A stretch of DNA of 64,000 nt from Planctomycetota bacterium (GTDB taxonomy: Bacteria; Planctomycetota; MHYJ01; WSZJ01): assembly GCA_038060895.1 (NCBI GenBank), contig JBBTCT010000007.1:1-64000 (forward strand), read 5' to 3'. The translations under genes and the position numbers were made by a program. Positions within the stretch are counted from its first letter, which is position 1; every line of letters begins with the position of its first letter. The notes beneath the pieces are model-generated. The model ran no database searches and was not told the origin of the DNA. It saw only the letters and a program-made list of their open reading frames with translations. Of the stretch, positions 7,921 to 17,003 are shown piece after piece.

Positions 7921-9254
7921 GAATCATCACGTACGCCGCCCTCGCCGCCACGCTCGGCGCCGCCGCTCTTCTGCCTCCTTCCCCGGCCCGCGCCATGTGC
8001 GGCCCGATCGGCCGGGAGCAACAGATCGTGGAGGTCGATGGCGACCAGCGCGTCTTCATCTACCACCGCAACGGCATGGAAGACCTGGTTCTCCAGGCCT
8101 CGATCAAGGGAAACGGGTCGGACTTCGGGATGGTGCTGCCTCTGCCCGCGGTCCCCGACATCCGAAAAGTCGAACGCGGATTTTTCGACGACCTGTTCGA
8201 CATGACTCGAACCCGGCAGGTCGCCTGGGAAGGCCGCGCCAAGGAGGCCGGCGGCGCAGGCCGGATGATGGCGGACAACGCGGCGCTCGAGCGAGTTGAA
8301 GTGGTGAAGAAGGACGTCGTCGGCCCGTTCGAAACGGTCGTGCTGAAGGCGAAGAAGCTCGACGCACTCAACGACTGGCTGAGCGAAAACGGCTATAAGA
8401 CGAGCGCTGAGAACAAGGCGCTCATGCAGTCCTACCTCGACAAGGATTGGTTTTTCGTCGCGGTGAAGGTCACCGTCGAAGGCCAGAAGCAGCAGTTCGA
8501 CGGGCGCGCGCAGCCGATGGGATTCCGCTTCCCCACCAAGACCATCGTCCTCCCCACGAAAATGGCCTCCATCGTGAAGGACGGGATGACGTTCACGATC
8601 TACGTCGTCACCAACTCGCGCGTCTCCCTCCCCGGCTTTGAGCAGCAGGGCGTGACGTCCCTCGCCCGCCCGCTGACCGCCCAGGAACTCCGCAGCCGCC
8701 CTAACCTAACCGCCGTCTTCGACGCCGATGTCCTCCTCTCGCCCGACGGCGGCCTCGCAAAACTCGCCGAAGCCCAGAAGGCCGTCGATGAGAAGCAGCT
8801 CGCCGAGTTCATGGGCAACCGCTACCGCGGACTCTTCATCACCAAGTTCAACGGCTTCTTCCCCAAGGCGAAACTCGCCGCAGGCGACGTCGAATTCAAG
8901 CGCGAGAACATCCTCGACCCCGACGCCGTCGCAAAACTCCTCGATCAGCTCACCCAGCCCGCAGCGCAGTCCGAAGTCGCGCGCCAGCTCCTCGAAGCCG
9001 GCGGGTCCGAGCAGATGGAAGCGCTGGCCAAGGGCCTGCACCACGCCGACTACCGCGTCAAGCGCGCCACGGCGGAAATCCTCGGCGTGATCAGCGACCC
9101 GCGAGCGTCGACCTTCCTCGTCGAAGCCATGAAGAGCGAGACCGACGACTTCGTGAAGAGCGGGATCAGCCGGGCGCTTCAGGCCATCAGCGGCCGCGCG
9201 ATCAAGTCACATCAGGTCGAGCTCTGGGAGGAATGGCTCAAGGCGCAGAAGTAA
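7917..9254 (+). CDS. Secreted DUF2330-domain protein with C-terminal HEAT repeats
   Basis: Signal peptide ending 'ARA'; 'DFGMVLPLPAVP', 'VGPFETVVL', 'LNDWLSENGY', 'WFFVAVKV'; HEAT tail. The track start at 7224 is an artefactual extension. Confidence 0.82.
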   Translation: MRIITYAALAATLGAAALLPPSPARAMCGPIGREQQIVEVDGDQRVFIYHRNGMEDLVLQASIKGNGSDFGMVLPLPAVPDIRKVERGFFDDLFDMTRTRQVAWEGRAKEAGGAGRMMADNAALERVEVVKKDVVGPFETVVLKAKKLDALNDWLSENGYKTSAENKALMQSYLDKDWFFVAVKVTVEGQKQQFDGRAQPMGFRFPTKTIVLPTKMASIVKDGMTFTIYVVTNSRVSLPGFEQQGVTSLARPLTAQELRSRPNLTAVFDADVLLSPDGGLAKLAEAQKAVDEKQLAEFMGNRYRGLFITKFNGFFPKAKLAAGDVEFKRENILDPDAVAKLLDQLTQPAAQSEVARQLLEAGGSEQMEALAKGLHHADYRVKRATAEILGVISDPRASTFLVEAMKSETDDFVKSGISRALQAISGRAIKSHQVELWEEWLKAQK

Positions 9255-9303
9255 ACCACCTGTAGCTGACGCCCGGCATGCGTTGTGCCAGGGCGACGCG
9301 AAG

Positions 9304-9336
9304 AGAAGCCACTTGCCACCCCCGCAGGTGGCTTCT
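9304..9336. terminator. Hairpin between convergent genes
   Basis: AGAAGCCACTTGC pairs with GCAGGTGGCTTCT. Confidence 0.6.
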
Positions 9337-9936
9337 TCATTTTGATGGCGACTGAAACGGGCTACACAAGTCCCTGGGCACCGTTCTTAGAGTACTGACC
9401 AGTTCTCTTGTAACGGTCCTGCTTGACCGCAGTAGTTGCAGATGCTGACCCTGAAGGGAAACTTCGGCCATGACGCGGGGATCGGCGTCAATCGTTGCTT
9501 GAAGATCAGAAACCAAGCCGACGAACCGAGTTTCTTCGACAATGCAAAGCTCAAACGCGTGGATGCAATCGCTAGCCACAATGATGCAGCTCTGTGTCTC
9601 AACACTAACCGCTGCCTCACCGCACGCGGCGACGGCATCTAGGAGGGATTCCGCGATCTCGACCGCAGTGGTCGCGTCCGACGAGAGGCTGTTGGCAATT
9701 TCAACCACCTGATCAATCTCTCGCTTCAGTGCAGGAAGATCGCCTTTGCCAGTCAACGCAGTCGTCCAACAGAGTTCCAAAAGCGAGCTGCAAGGTGACG
9801 CCGTAGGGCCAATTTCGACACATCCCTGCAACCATGTACGAGCGCGCTCGCCACATGCAGCCGAAAAGGCCAGCCTGTGAGGCGGGGCAAGTTGCTCCAG
9901 CTGTGCGCGGAGTGAGCCGACGTCAAACAGGCTCAT
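9337..9936 (-). CDS. DUF416/YjaG-like protein with atypical composition
   Basis: 'LEQLAPPHRLAFSAACGER...LELCW...DPRVMAEVSLQGQHLQLL' resembles DUF416; visibly more A/T-ending codons than its neighbours. Confidence 0.6.
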   Translation of the reverse strand: MSLFDVGSLRAQLEQLAPPHRLAFSAACGERARTWLQGCVEIGPTASPCSSLLELCWTTALTGKGDLPALKREIDQVVEIANSLSSDATTAVEIAESLLDAVAACGEAAVSVETQSCIIVASDCIHAFELCIVEETRFVGLVSDLQATIDADPRVMAEVSLQGQHLQLLRSSRTVTRELVSTLRTVPRDLCSPFQSPSK

Positions 9937-10029
9937 CGAGGTCTTGGGAATCTCACTGTACGGACGATTCGAAAACGATAAGAGATGCCTTGATCGATTC
10001 GGTCCGATCAAGGCAAGAGCGACGACCGG

Positions 10030-10287
10030 CTACGACTTCGACTCCCAGTTCCTCGGCGCCGTCGGCGGCGCCGCAATCGCCCCGCGAATCCTCTCGGTCA
10101 ACCGGTCTGGCGCACGCCCCTTCTCGACCTTGGTTCTCACGGTATCCCTCGCCCGCTTCACCATCTGCACCCACTGCTGGCAGGCGGGGCACTGGCCTAC
10201 GTGGTTCTCCACTCGGCCTTGCTCGAGCGTCTTCAACTCACGGTCCACGAACGCGTCGGCCATCAGGCGGATTTCGTGGCAGTTCAT
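10030..10287 (-). CDS. Zinc-binding anti-sigma factor (zf-HC2/ZAS)
   Basis: MNC...HVGQCPAC (HxxxCxxC); overlaps the stop of the sigma gene. Confidence 0.9.
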   Translation of the reverse strand: MNCHEIRLMADAFVDRELKTLEQGRVENHVGQCPACQQWVQMVKRARDTVRTKVEKGRAPDRLTERIRGAIAAPPTAPRNWESKS

Positions 10288-10871
10288 GTGTTGGGCTCCC
10301 TGCGGGGTTTCCCGGCGTAGCCCTGTTTGCGCGCGAAATCCCAGAGCGCGCTTCTCAGGTGACGCCGGGCGTGGTGGAGGCGGGACATCACGGTGCCGAT
10401 CGGGATGCGGAGAATCGAGGCAATTTCACGGTACTTGAATCCTTCGACGTCCGCCAGAAGCACCACGATGCGGTGCTGGGGCGGGAGTTCGTCGAGCGCG
10501 CGGCGGACGTCGTCGCCGACGAAAGCGTCCAGGGCTTCCATGTTGTCGAGCAGACGGTGGCGCTCGGGCGCGGCGGCAGGGGCGGGCGATTCGTCCGTCA
10601 GTTCCGAGATCACGGGCTGCCGCGCGCGGCTGCGGTAGAAGTCGATCGAAGTGTTGACCAGGATGCGGTAGATCCAGGCCTTGAAGTTTGTGCCGGGCCT
10701 GAATCGACGGAAGCTGCGGTAGGCCTTGAGGTAGGCCTCCTGCACGAGGTCTTCCGCATCGCGCGCGTTCCGAGTCAGGCCGAGCGCCGCGAAATAAAGA
10801 TCGTGCATGTGCGGAAGAGCGACCTTCTCAAACTCCGAGTCGCGAGTGTCTCGCCGTTTTTTCGGTGCCAC
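10284..10871 (-). CDS. ECF sigma factor (SigR/SigH-like)
   Basis: '[34 protein letters not shown]' and '[23 protein letters not shown]'. GTG at 10871 chosen because TAGTCT lies 6 nt upstream; the track start is 10877. Confidence 0.92.
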   Translation of the reverse strand: MAPKKRRDTRDSEFEKVALPHMHDLYFAALGLTRNARDAEDLVQEAYLKAYRSFRRFRPGTNFKAWIYRILVNTSIDFYRSRARQPVISELTDESPAPAAAPERHRLLDNMEALDAFVGDDVRRALDELPPQHRIVVLLADVEGFKYREIASILRIPIGTVMSRLHHARRHLRSALWDFARKQGYAGKPRREPNT

Positions 10872-10961
10872 AGCCAAAGACTATCACGCCCGACCCATCA
10901 AATTCGCTTCCCTTGCCCATGCCCTCGCCCTTGCCCACAGCAGTTACTCGAATCGCGCAAT

Positions 10962-10990
10962 AAAAAGGGACGGCCGCGAGGCCGCCCCTT
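10962..10990 (-). terminator. Rho-independent terminator
   Basis: AAAAAGGGACGGCC-GCGA-GGCCGCCCCTT downstream of the 11012 stop. Confidence 0.75.
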
Positions 10991-11011
10991 GATGCAGTTT
11001 CCTTCCGCGCC

Positions 11012-13279
11012 CTACTTCGCCTTCACCCGCGCCTCAACCTCGACCTTGTACTCCTCGAGGAACTTCACCTTCTTCTCCAGCGCTTCCTTTTTCTTCTCGT
11101 CCTCCGCGTCCTTCAGCGCCGCCTTCGCATCTGTGATCGCTTCTTCCAGTTCCTCGGCAATCCTCTTGTCCTGCCGTGCAAGCTCCGCCTTCAGATCGTC
11201 CGCCGTCAGCGTATCCACCGTCCCGCTGAATCGCAGGACAACTTGGCGGCCGTCCGTAAACGGTTCGTTGTCCACCACCAGCACGAACGCACCGTCCGTC
11301 CCGAACCCCTTCGGCGGGTAGCAATACCCGTACTTCGGGTTCGGCGCGTTGGGTCCACCTTTCAGCGTTCGGTCGGACATGACTCCGTCGTCCACGAGAG
11401 CCTGCAGACTGATCGGGTAATCCTTTCCGTCGCCGTGCTGGTTGACCCACGACGCGAACCCGTACTGCATCATCTGGAGATTCGCTTCGGCCATGCGCTG
11501 CTTCGCCTTTTCGCGCGATTCCTGAAGGGCCGGAAGCGCTGCCTGGACGATGCTGGCGTAGTACTCGCTGTTCAGTTCGGCGCCGCAGAGGAGCGTCGCC
11601 TCATCGGGCTTCTCGACCGTGACCAGCGCGACGCCCTGGTCGCCCTTGCCCTTGAGCTTTTCCGCGACGTCCGGATCCAGCTCGCGGGTCATGGTCGCCA
11701 TGATGCGCATGATGGCGCCGGCGTTGTAATAGAAGAGCTTGGAGTTTTCGTTGGGCAGCTTCTTCATCGCCGCCTTGTACTGCGCGTCGTTCTCGAGGAC
11801 TTTTCCGGCCTTGTAGGCATCGACGACGGCGGTCTGGATTTCCGGGTTGAACGTGAGGACGAAGACCTTGTCGAGGATCATGTACCCGACGGGGACCTGG
11901 CCTCCTTCGAAGGTGTAGAGCGTGTATCCGGAGTACTCGCGGCTGGTAATTTCGCCGCCGAGTTCCTCGATCATTCCACCGTTGCGGATGCTGTCGATGA
12001 CGGCCTTGGCCTTATCGACGTCCTTGAGCTCGATGAAGACGACCTGGGCGCCTTCGTCAAAGCGAACGCCCTCGGGCACGATGCCGCACCAGCCGATCTC
12101 GTCGTCGATGACGGCCAGGAGGTCGCCGACCGAAACGCCGAGCTCACTTTCGAACCGCGTGATGCCCTTCTGGAAATCGTCCTTGTCCTTGTCTTCGGCC
12201 AGCTGGTCGATTTTCGACTGGATGAACACCTGCAGCTTCTCCCAAGTCTCCGCGGGGTGATTGAACGTCAGGACGCCCGCCCCGATGCAGGAAGCGGGGA
12301 TAAAGCGGAGCAGGTCCTTTTTGGCGGGCGACTGGCGGATGATCGACCACAGCTCGTTTTTCGGGTCGAGGAAGAGCGATCCGCCGCTCCAGCCGTACTT
12401 CCCTTCCAGGCCGCTGAAAACGACGGCGCTGCGAAGCGTGGACTGTCCGGCGACCGCGTCGGTCATCTGGTAAATCCGCAGGGCTTCGCGGTCCAGGCTG
12501 GCCTCGACGCCGTCGAAGACCGTCTTGAGATTCACGTACCCGAGCAGGATCGGATCCTTGCCGGCGGCCTTCTGGGCGCGGAGGAAATCCGGATTGGTCG
12601 TAATCGACCCGCCCGGCATGGCGCCGCCGTCGGCGGCGTCGAGCATGCGCTCCAGCGACGCCCGCATGTTCGCGATGAAGACCGTATCCCCGACCGAAGC
12701 GGCGTAAAGAGTGCCGACCGTTTTCGCTTCGTCCATGCGCTCCGCGCCGGTGCTGAAGGTCCACGTCTTGCGGTTCTTGTAATCCACTCCCGGCTCCAGG
12801 AACTTCTTCAGGTCGCCATCGAGCAGCTTCCCGAAGAACCCCTTCGACTTCGACTTGATCGCGAGCACCATGTCCACTTCGGGCCGCTCGCTCTCGCGCT
12901 TCTGACCGATCCCTCCGCCGAAATCACGCACCGTCGGGATGAGCTTGAAATCGAGCAGGGCGAAATGAACGCGGTCGATTTCCTTGAGCAGCGTTCCGAT
13001 GTCGGTCCCGGACGCCTTCGAAGCCTCGTCCATGAACTCTTTCCAGAGTTCGTCGAGCGCCTTTTCCGCGTCCGCCCGGTCCTTCTCGGGGAGGCCGCCG
13101 AAGAGGTACTCCTTCCAGTCCGAGGTTTGTCCGGGGCCGAATTCCGCGTAGACCCACGCGGTGCCGGGAATGCAGGCGCGCGCATCGACGGTTTCGGGCT
13201 CGGCCATGAGGCGGATGCCGAGGAGCGTGGTGGCGAGGACGGCCGCGAAGCACGCGGCGGGGACGAAGCGACGGAACAT
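11012..13279 (-). CDS. Exported DUF3352-like protein with C-terminal pseudopilin-like segment
   Basis: Signal peptide 'MFRRFVPAACFAAVLA'; two repeats of the pattern 'IP...YKNR/YSGY...YxxxxDxVxI...LxxxxxFxxA'; tail 'ALPALQESREKAKQRMAEANLQ...YPISLQALV'. Confidence 0.65.
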   Translation of the reverse strand: MFRRFVPAACFAAVLATTLLGIRLMAEPETVDARACIPGTAWVYAEFGPGQTSDWKEYLFGGLPEKDRADAEKALDELWKEFMDEASKASGTDIGTLLKEIDRVHFALLDFKLIPTVRDFGGGIGQKRESERPEVDMVLAIKSKSKGFFGKLLDGDLKKFLEPGVDYKNRKTWTFSTGAERMDEAKTVGTLYAASVGDTVFIANMRASLERMLDAADGGAMPGGSITTNPDFLRAQKAAGKDPILLGYVNLKTVFDGVEASLDREALRIYQMTDAVAGQSTLRSAVVFSGLEGKYGWSGGSLFLDPKNELWSIIRQSPAKKDLLRFIPASCIGAGVLTFNHPAETWEKLQVFIQSKIDQLAEDKDKDDFQKGITRFESELGVSVGDLLAVIDDEIGWCGIVPEGVRFDEGAQVVFIELKDVDKAKAVIDSIRNGGMIEELGGEITSREYSGYTLYTFEGGQVPVGYMILDKVFVLTFNPEIQTAVVDAYKAGKVLENDAQYKAAMKKLPNENSKLFYYNAGAIMRIMATMTRELDPDVAEKLKGKGDQGVALVTVEKPDEATLLCGAELNSEYYASIVQAALPALQESREKAKQRMAEANLQMMQYGFASWVNQHGDGKDYPISLQALVDDGVMSDRTLKGGPNAPNPKYGYCYPPKGFGTDGAFVLVVDNEPFTDGRQVVLRFSGTVDTLTADDLKAELARQDKRIAEELEEAITDAKAALKDAEDEKKKEALEKKVKFLEEYKVEVEARVKAK

Positions 13280-13456
13280 GGAAATCTCCCTGCGTGGGTT
13301 ATTGGAGGCGAAGTGGTGAATGCTAACCAGCGGCGCGGCGGCGTCACCACAGTTTTCGCGGCATCCGGGAATTTGAGAGCGGACTTCCGCGGGATTGTGT
13401 TGACTGGGGTGGTTCGCGCGCCTAAAAAGAACGGTCCGTCCCCGAGGGAGAATCCC

Positions 13457-14464
13457 ATGACCCGCCTGCTCGCCCTGTCGCTCTGTGCCGTCCTCGCCGC
13501 CTCGCTGTCCCTCCGCGCCGAGGAGCCGCCTCCGCCCGTCCCGCAGCCCGTGCCCGACGGCGGCGGAGCCGACCAGAAGAAAATCGGCGAGCTGATCGAA
13601 AAACTCGGCAGCTCCGACTGGGACGAGCGCGCCGCGGCCGAGAAGGAACTCGAAGGCATCGGCAAGCCCGCCGCCGAGGCGCTCAAGAAAGCCATGGATG
13701 GCGCAGACGACCCGGAAGTCAAGGTGCGCGCGAAGCGGCTCCTCCAGAAAATGGGCGCGCTTCAGAATGCCGAAATGACCGATGAGTCCTTCGAAGAGAT
13801 GCTGGAACTCCTGCGCTCGCAGGACGGCGTCGCCTGGTACAGCAGCAGCCCGAAGCCGTATTTCTACCTCTACCAGCTGAACGAGAAACCGGAGTGGAGC
13901 GAGGCGCTGAAAGGGAAAGCGCTGGCGCCGCGGCTGGCGAAGGCCCTGTCGGACGAGTCCGGAAACCTGAAGCGGAACGTCTGCTACCTGCTGGGAGAGA
14001 TGGCGGCTCCCGAGGTCGCGCCGCAGGTCGCGAAGCTGCTCAAGGACGAAGAGATGATGACGCGCGCGATCGCGGCGTTCGCGCTCGGCAAGCTGGGAAA
14101 TGCAGAAGTGGTCGACCAGGTCATCGTGGCCCTCTCCGACGCCGAAAAGCAGGTCCAGCGCGCAGCGGCGATGGCGCTCGAAACGCTTCCTTCGGCCTCC
14201 GCGATCGAACCGCTCCTCGGCGCCATGGCCTCGGAGGACGCCCACGTCCGTTTCGAGGCCTACTACTCCCTTCGCAGCCTCACCGGCCAGAAGTTCCGCT
14301 TCAATGCCTTCCTCGGCGCCGACGTGCGCAAGGACTCCCTGAAAATCATCGAGGAGTGGTGGGGGAAGAACAAGGCGGGGTTCAAGCCGAGGATGCCGGA
14401 GAAGCGGGAAGAAGTCGGGAAAACCCACGAGGAGGAGCGCGTCATCGAGGTGGCTCCCAAGTAG
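13457..14464 (+). CDS. Exported HEAT-repeat protein
   Basis: SD GAGGGAG; signal peptide; 'LIEKLGSSDWDERAAAEKELEGIG' and several further HEAT repeats. Confidence 0.85.
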   Translation: MTRLLALSLCAVLAASLSLRAEEPPPPVPQPVPDGGGADQKKIGELIEKLGSSDWDERAAAEKELEGIGKPAAEALKKAMDGADDPEVKVRAKRLLQKMGALQNAEMTDESFEEMLELLRSQDGVAWYSSSPKPYFYLYQLNEKPEWSEALKGKALAPRLAKALSDESGNLKRNVCYLLGEMAAPEVAPQVAKLLKDEEMMTRAIAAFALGKLGNAEVVDQVIVALSDAEKQVQRAAAMALETLPSASAIEPLLGAMASEDAHVRFEAYYSLRSLTGQKFRFNAFLGADVRKDSLKIIEEWWGKNKAGFKPRMPEKREEVGKTHEEERVIEVAPK

Positions 14465-14465
14465 T

Positions 14466-15284
14466 TCATGGAGCGGCGTTGCCTCCCCGCTTCTGCCGCT
14501 CCTCGAACTTCCGCATCCACTTCCGGACTCCCCAGTCGGCGAGCGCGGGGAAGCGCGTCCGGGCCCAGATGAGGGCGCGCCCGGGGAAGGTCATGTAGAC
14601 CTCGCGGCGGCGCCGTTCCACGGCAGCGATGAGGCGGAGGGCGACCTTTTCGGAAGTCCACCCCCTCACGTTGGAGGGAGAAGGGACGCCGCCGAGGCGG
14701 GAAGGCGCGTTGCGCTGAAAGTCGGTAGCCGTCAGCCCCGGTCCCACCAGGGTGACGCTGACGCCGTCCTTTTCGAGCTCCAGTCGCGCGGAATCGGCGA
14801 GGGCCGTGAGCGCGTGTTTGGTCATGCAATAGAGCGCGGACCAGGGGACGGACGCGCGGCCGAGGATCGAGCTGACGACGGCGAAGCGGCCGCGCGAGGC
14901 GCGCAGGAGCGGCAGGGACTCCTGGAGCGTCCAGAGGACGCCTTTCACGTTCGTGCGCGTGATGGCGTCGAAGTCCTCCTCGGTGATGCGGTCCACGGCG
15001 GCGTAGAGGCCGAAGCCCGCGTTTGCGACGGCGGTGTCGAGGCCACCGAAGTTTTTATTTGCAAGCTCCACGGCCGCCCGCACGTCCTCGCGCTTCCCCA
15101 CGTCCCCCGCCGACGCCACGGCCCGCCCGCCGGACTTTTCTATCTCGCGCACGAGCCCGGCCAGCTTCTCTTCGGTCCGCGCCATCGCGAGAACCGAGGC
15201 TCCCCGCCGCGCGTACTCAAGGCAGGTCGCGCGGCCAATGCCGGAGGACGCACCGGTGACAAGGATCGATCGAGCTGCGCGCAT
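14466..15284 (-). CDS. SDR family NAD(P)-dependent oxidoreductase
   Basis: TGASSGIG, NAG, VSS and YCMTK motifs; TACAAT 6 nt upstream of the ATG. Confidence 0.92.
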   Translation of the reverse strand: MRAARSILVTGASSGIGRATCLEYARRGASVLAMARTEEKLAGLVREIEKSGGRAVASAGDVGKREDVRAAVELANKNFGGLDTAVANAGFGLYAAVDRITEEDFDAITRTNVKGVLWTLQESLPLLRASRGRFAVVSSILGRASVPWSALYCMTKHALTALADSARLELEKDGVSVTLVGPGLTATDFQRNAPSRLGGVPSPSNVRGWTSEKVALRLIAAVERRRREVYMTFPGRALIWARTRFPALADWGVRKWMRKFEERQKRGGNAAP

Positions 15285-15459
15285 GGCCCGATTGTAGGCC
15301 CGGAAGCTCCTCGCAGCCCGCTTCGCCCGGAACGACGTCCGTAACTTGCCATTTGAAGTTCGCCCTTTGCTTGAGAGTTCGCGGTCTTGAAGTTGCCTTT
15401 TCCCCTTACCCCTTACCCCTCCTTGATTTCCGTCACAACCAAGGCTATCCTTCAAACCC

Positions 15460-16800
15460 ATGTCCGAGATCGACACCAGTTCGCTCGAGGGCGTCCAGTT
15501 CCAGTCCTCCTCCTCGTTCCACTTCGTCCAGGAAATCGGGCGAGGCGGGATGGGCATCGTCTTCCTCGCGGAAAAGGACTGTGAGGGAGTGATGGACTAC
15601 GTGGTGCTCAAGACGATCCGGACGCTGTCGCCGGAGCAGGTGGAGCGGCTGAAGACAGAAGCGAACATCGCGACGAGCCTGCGGCACGAGAACATCGTGA
15701 AGACCTACGGGCTGGAGTCGATTTCGTACTCCGACCTTCCGGAGAACATCAAGCAGGCGATCGACAACTACCAGTTCGAACAGTCGGGGGGCGTGCGCAA
15801 GAAGCTCTCCGTCCCTTCATTCGCGCAGCGGCGGTCCATCCTCGAAGGCAAGCCGGTGGGCGCCACGGGAATGGAGCGCAACATCGCGCCCGTCCGCCCT
15901 CCGGTCCGGCGGCTCCAGCCGGTCCACCACGTCGTGGAAAAGAAGAAGGATCCGCGCCGGCTGTACCTGCTCGCGATGGACTACGTCGAGGGGACCGACC
16001 TGCGTACCCTTCACCACGAGCACATCGAGAAGTTCACGCTGATGCCGTGCCTGCTGACGGCCTTCGTCATCAGCCGCATGTGCCGCGCCCTCGCCTACGC
16101 CCACGACCACATCGTCCACCGCGATGTCACGCCGGAGAACGTCCTCATCAACAACCAGGGCGTCGCAAAACTTACCGATTTCGGCGTCGCCGTCACGGGC
16201 GCCGAGGCGATCCAGCTCTTCGCCGGCAAACTGAACTACATGTCTCCCGAGCAGGTCGCCAACGAACCTCTCGACGGCCGGTCGGACATCTGGTCCCTGG
16301 GCCTCGTCGCCTACGAGACGCTCACCGGCATCAACCTCCTCCAGACGCCGAAGGGCATGCCTCTCCTCCAGCAGGTCCAGTACCTCAACGCCATGTTCCA
16401 GCAGCCCTTCCCTCCCCCCATCGAAGTCCGCCGTGACATCCCCGAGGTCCTCTCGAACATCGTCATGAAGATGCTCGCGGCCGACAAGAACCAGCGTTAC
16501 CGGAACGCGCAGGATGCCGGCAACGACCTCGAACAGAAATACCTCTACGCGGCAGGCTTCGGCCCCACCAACAACTCGCTGGCCGCCTACATGAAGATCT
16601 TCGAGATGGGCTGGAAGATCGTGAGCCAGGACCAGATGCGCCAGCTGGCGTTCCTCAAGGGCCGGGACGGGCGGATCGAGCTGAAGCGGCCGCTGGCGCT
16701 GGCGGATTACACGAAAGCCGGGTGGGAGTGGATTGTGCAGCGAAAGGGGACGGCGCTCTATTCGGCGCTGGCCACGCTGCAGGCGATGTCGAAGGGTTAG
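15460..16800 (+). CDS. Cytoplasmic Ser/Thr protein kinase with a large N-lobe insertion
   Basis: IGRGGMGIV, VVLK, HRDVTPEN, DFG and YMSPEQ motifs; roughly 75 extra residues between 'KTYGL' and 'YLLAMDY'. Confidence 0.9.
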   Translation: MSEIDTSSLEGVQFQSSSSFHFVQEIGRGGMGIVFLAEKDCEGVMDYVVLKTIRTLSPEQVERLKTEANIATSLRHENIVKTYGLESISYSDLPENIKQAIDNYQFEQSGGVRKKLSVPSFAQRRSILEGKPVGATGMERNIAPVRPPVRRLQPVHHVVEKKKDPRRLYLLAMDYVEGTDLRTLHHEHIEKFTLMPCLLTAFVISRMCRALAYAHDHIVHRDVTPENVLINNQGVAKLTDFGVAVTGAEAIQLFAGKLNYMSPEQVANEPLDGRSDIWSLGLVAYETLTGINLLQTPKGMPLLQQVQYLNAMFQQPFPPPIEVRRDIPEVLSNIVMKMLAADKNQRYRNAQDAGNDLEQKYLYAAGFGPTNNSLAAYMKIFEMGWKIVSQDQMRQLAFLKGRDGRIELKRPLALADYTKAGWEWIVQRKGTALYSALATLQAMSKG

Positions 16801-16886
16801 CGCTTTCCCATGCCACGGAACATTTGCACGGCGAGAGGGTCGGATACACTGTCCGCCCTGACCTGCGATAACCCAAGGGGGATCCC

Positions 16887-17003
16887 ATGCTCAAGAAACT
16901 GTTGATCGTTCTCGCCCTGAGCGTCGTTGCCGTGGCCGGAAGCGGTTGCATCGTGCTCGACCCGCCGGAGAGGTATCACCGCCACTCGCACCGGAACAAC
17001 TAG
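16887..17003 (+). CDS. 38-aa small lipoprotein with His-rich tail (not in the ORF track)
   Basis: AAGGGGGA SD; MLKKLLIVLALSVVAVAGSG|CIVLDPPERYHRHSHRNN; its stop shares CTAG with the convergent gene. Confidence 0.7.
   Translation: MLKKLLIVLALSVVAVAGSGCIVLDPPERYHRHSHRNN

Noticed and set aside
11012-14464. Two >1000-aa overlapping track ORFs (11012-14428 minus, 11243-14464 plus)
   Set aside because: Each is a real gene extended by the stop-free antisense frame of its divergent neighbour; real starts are 13279 and 13457.
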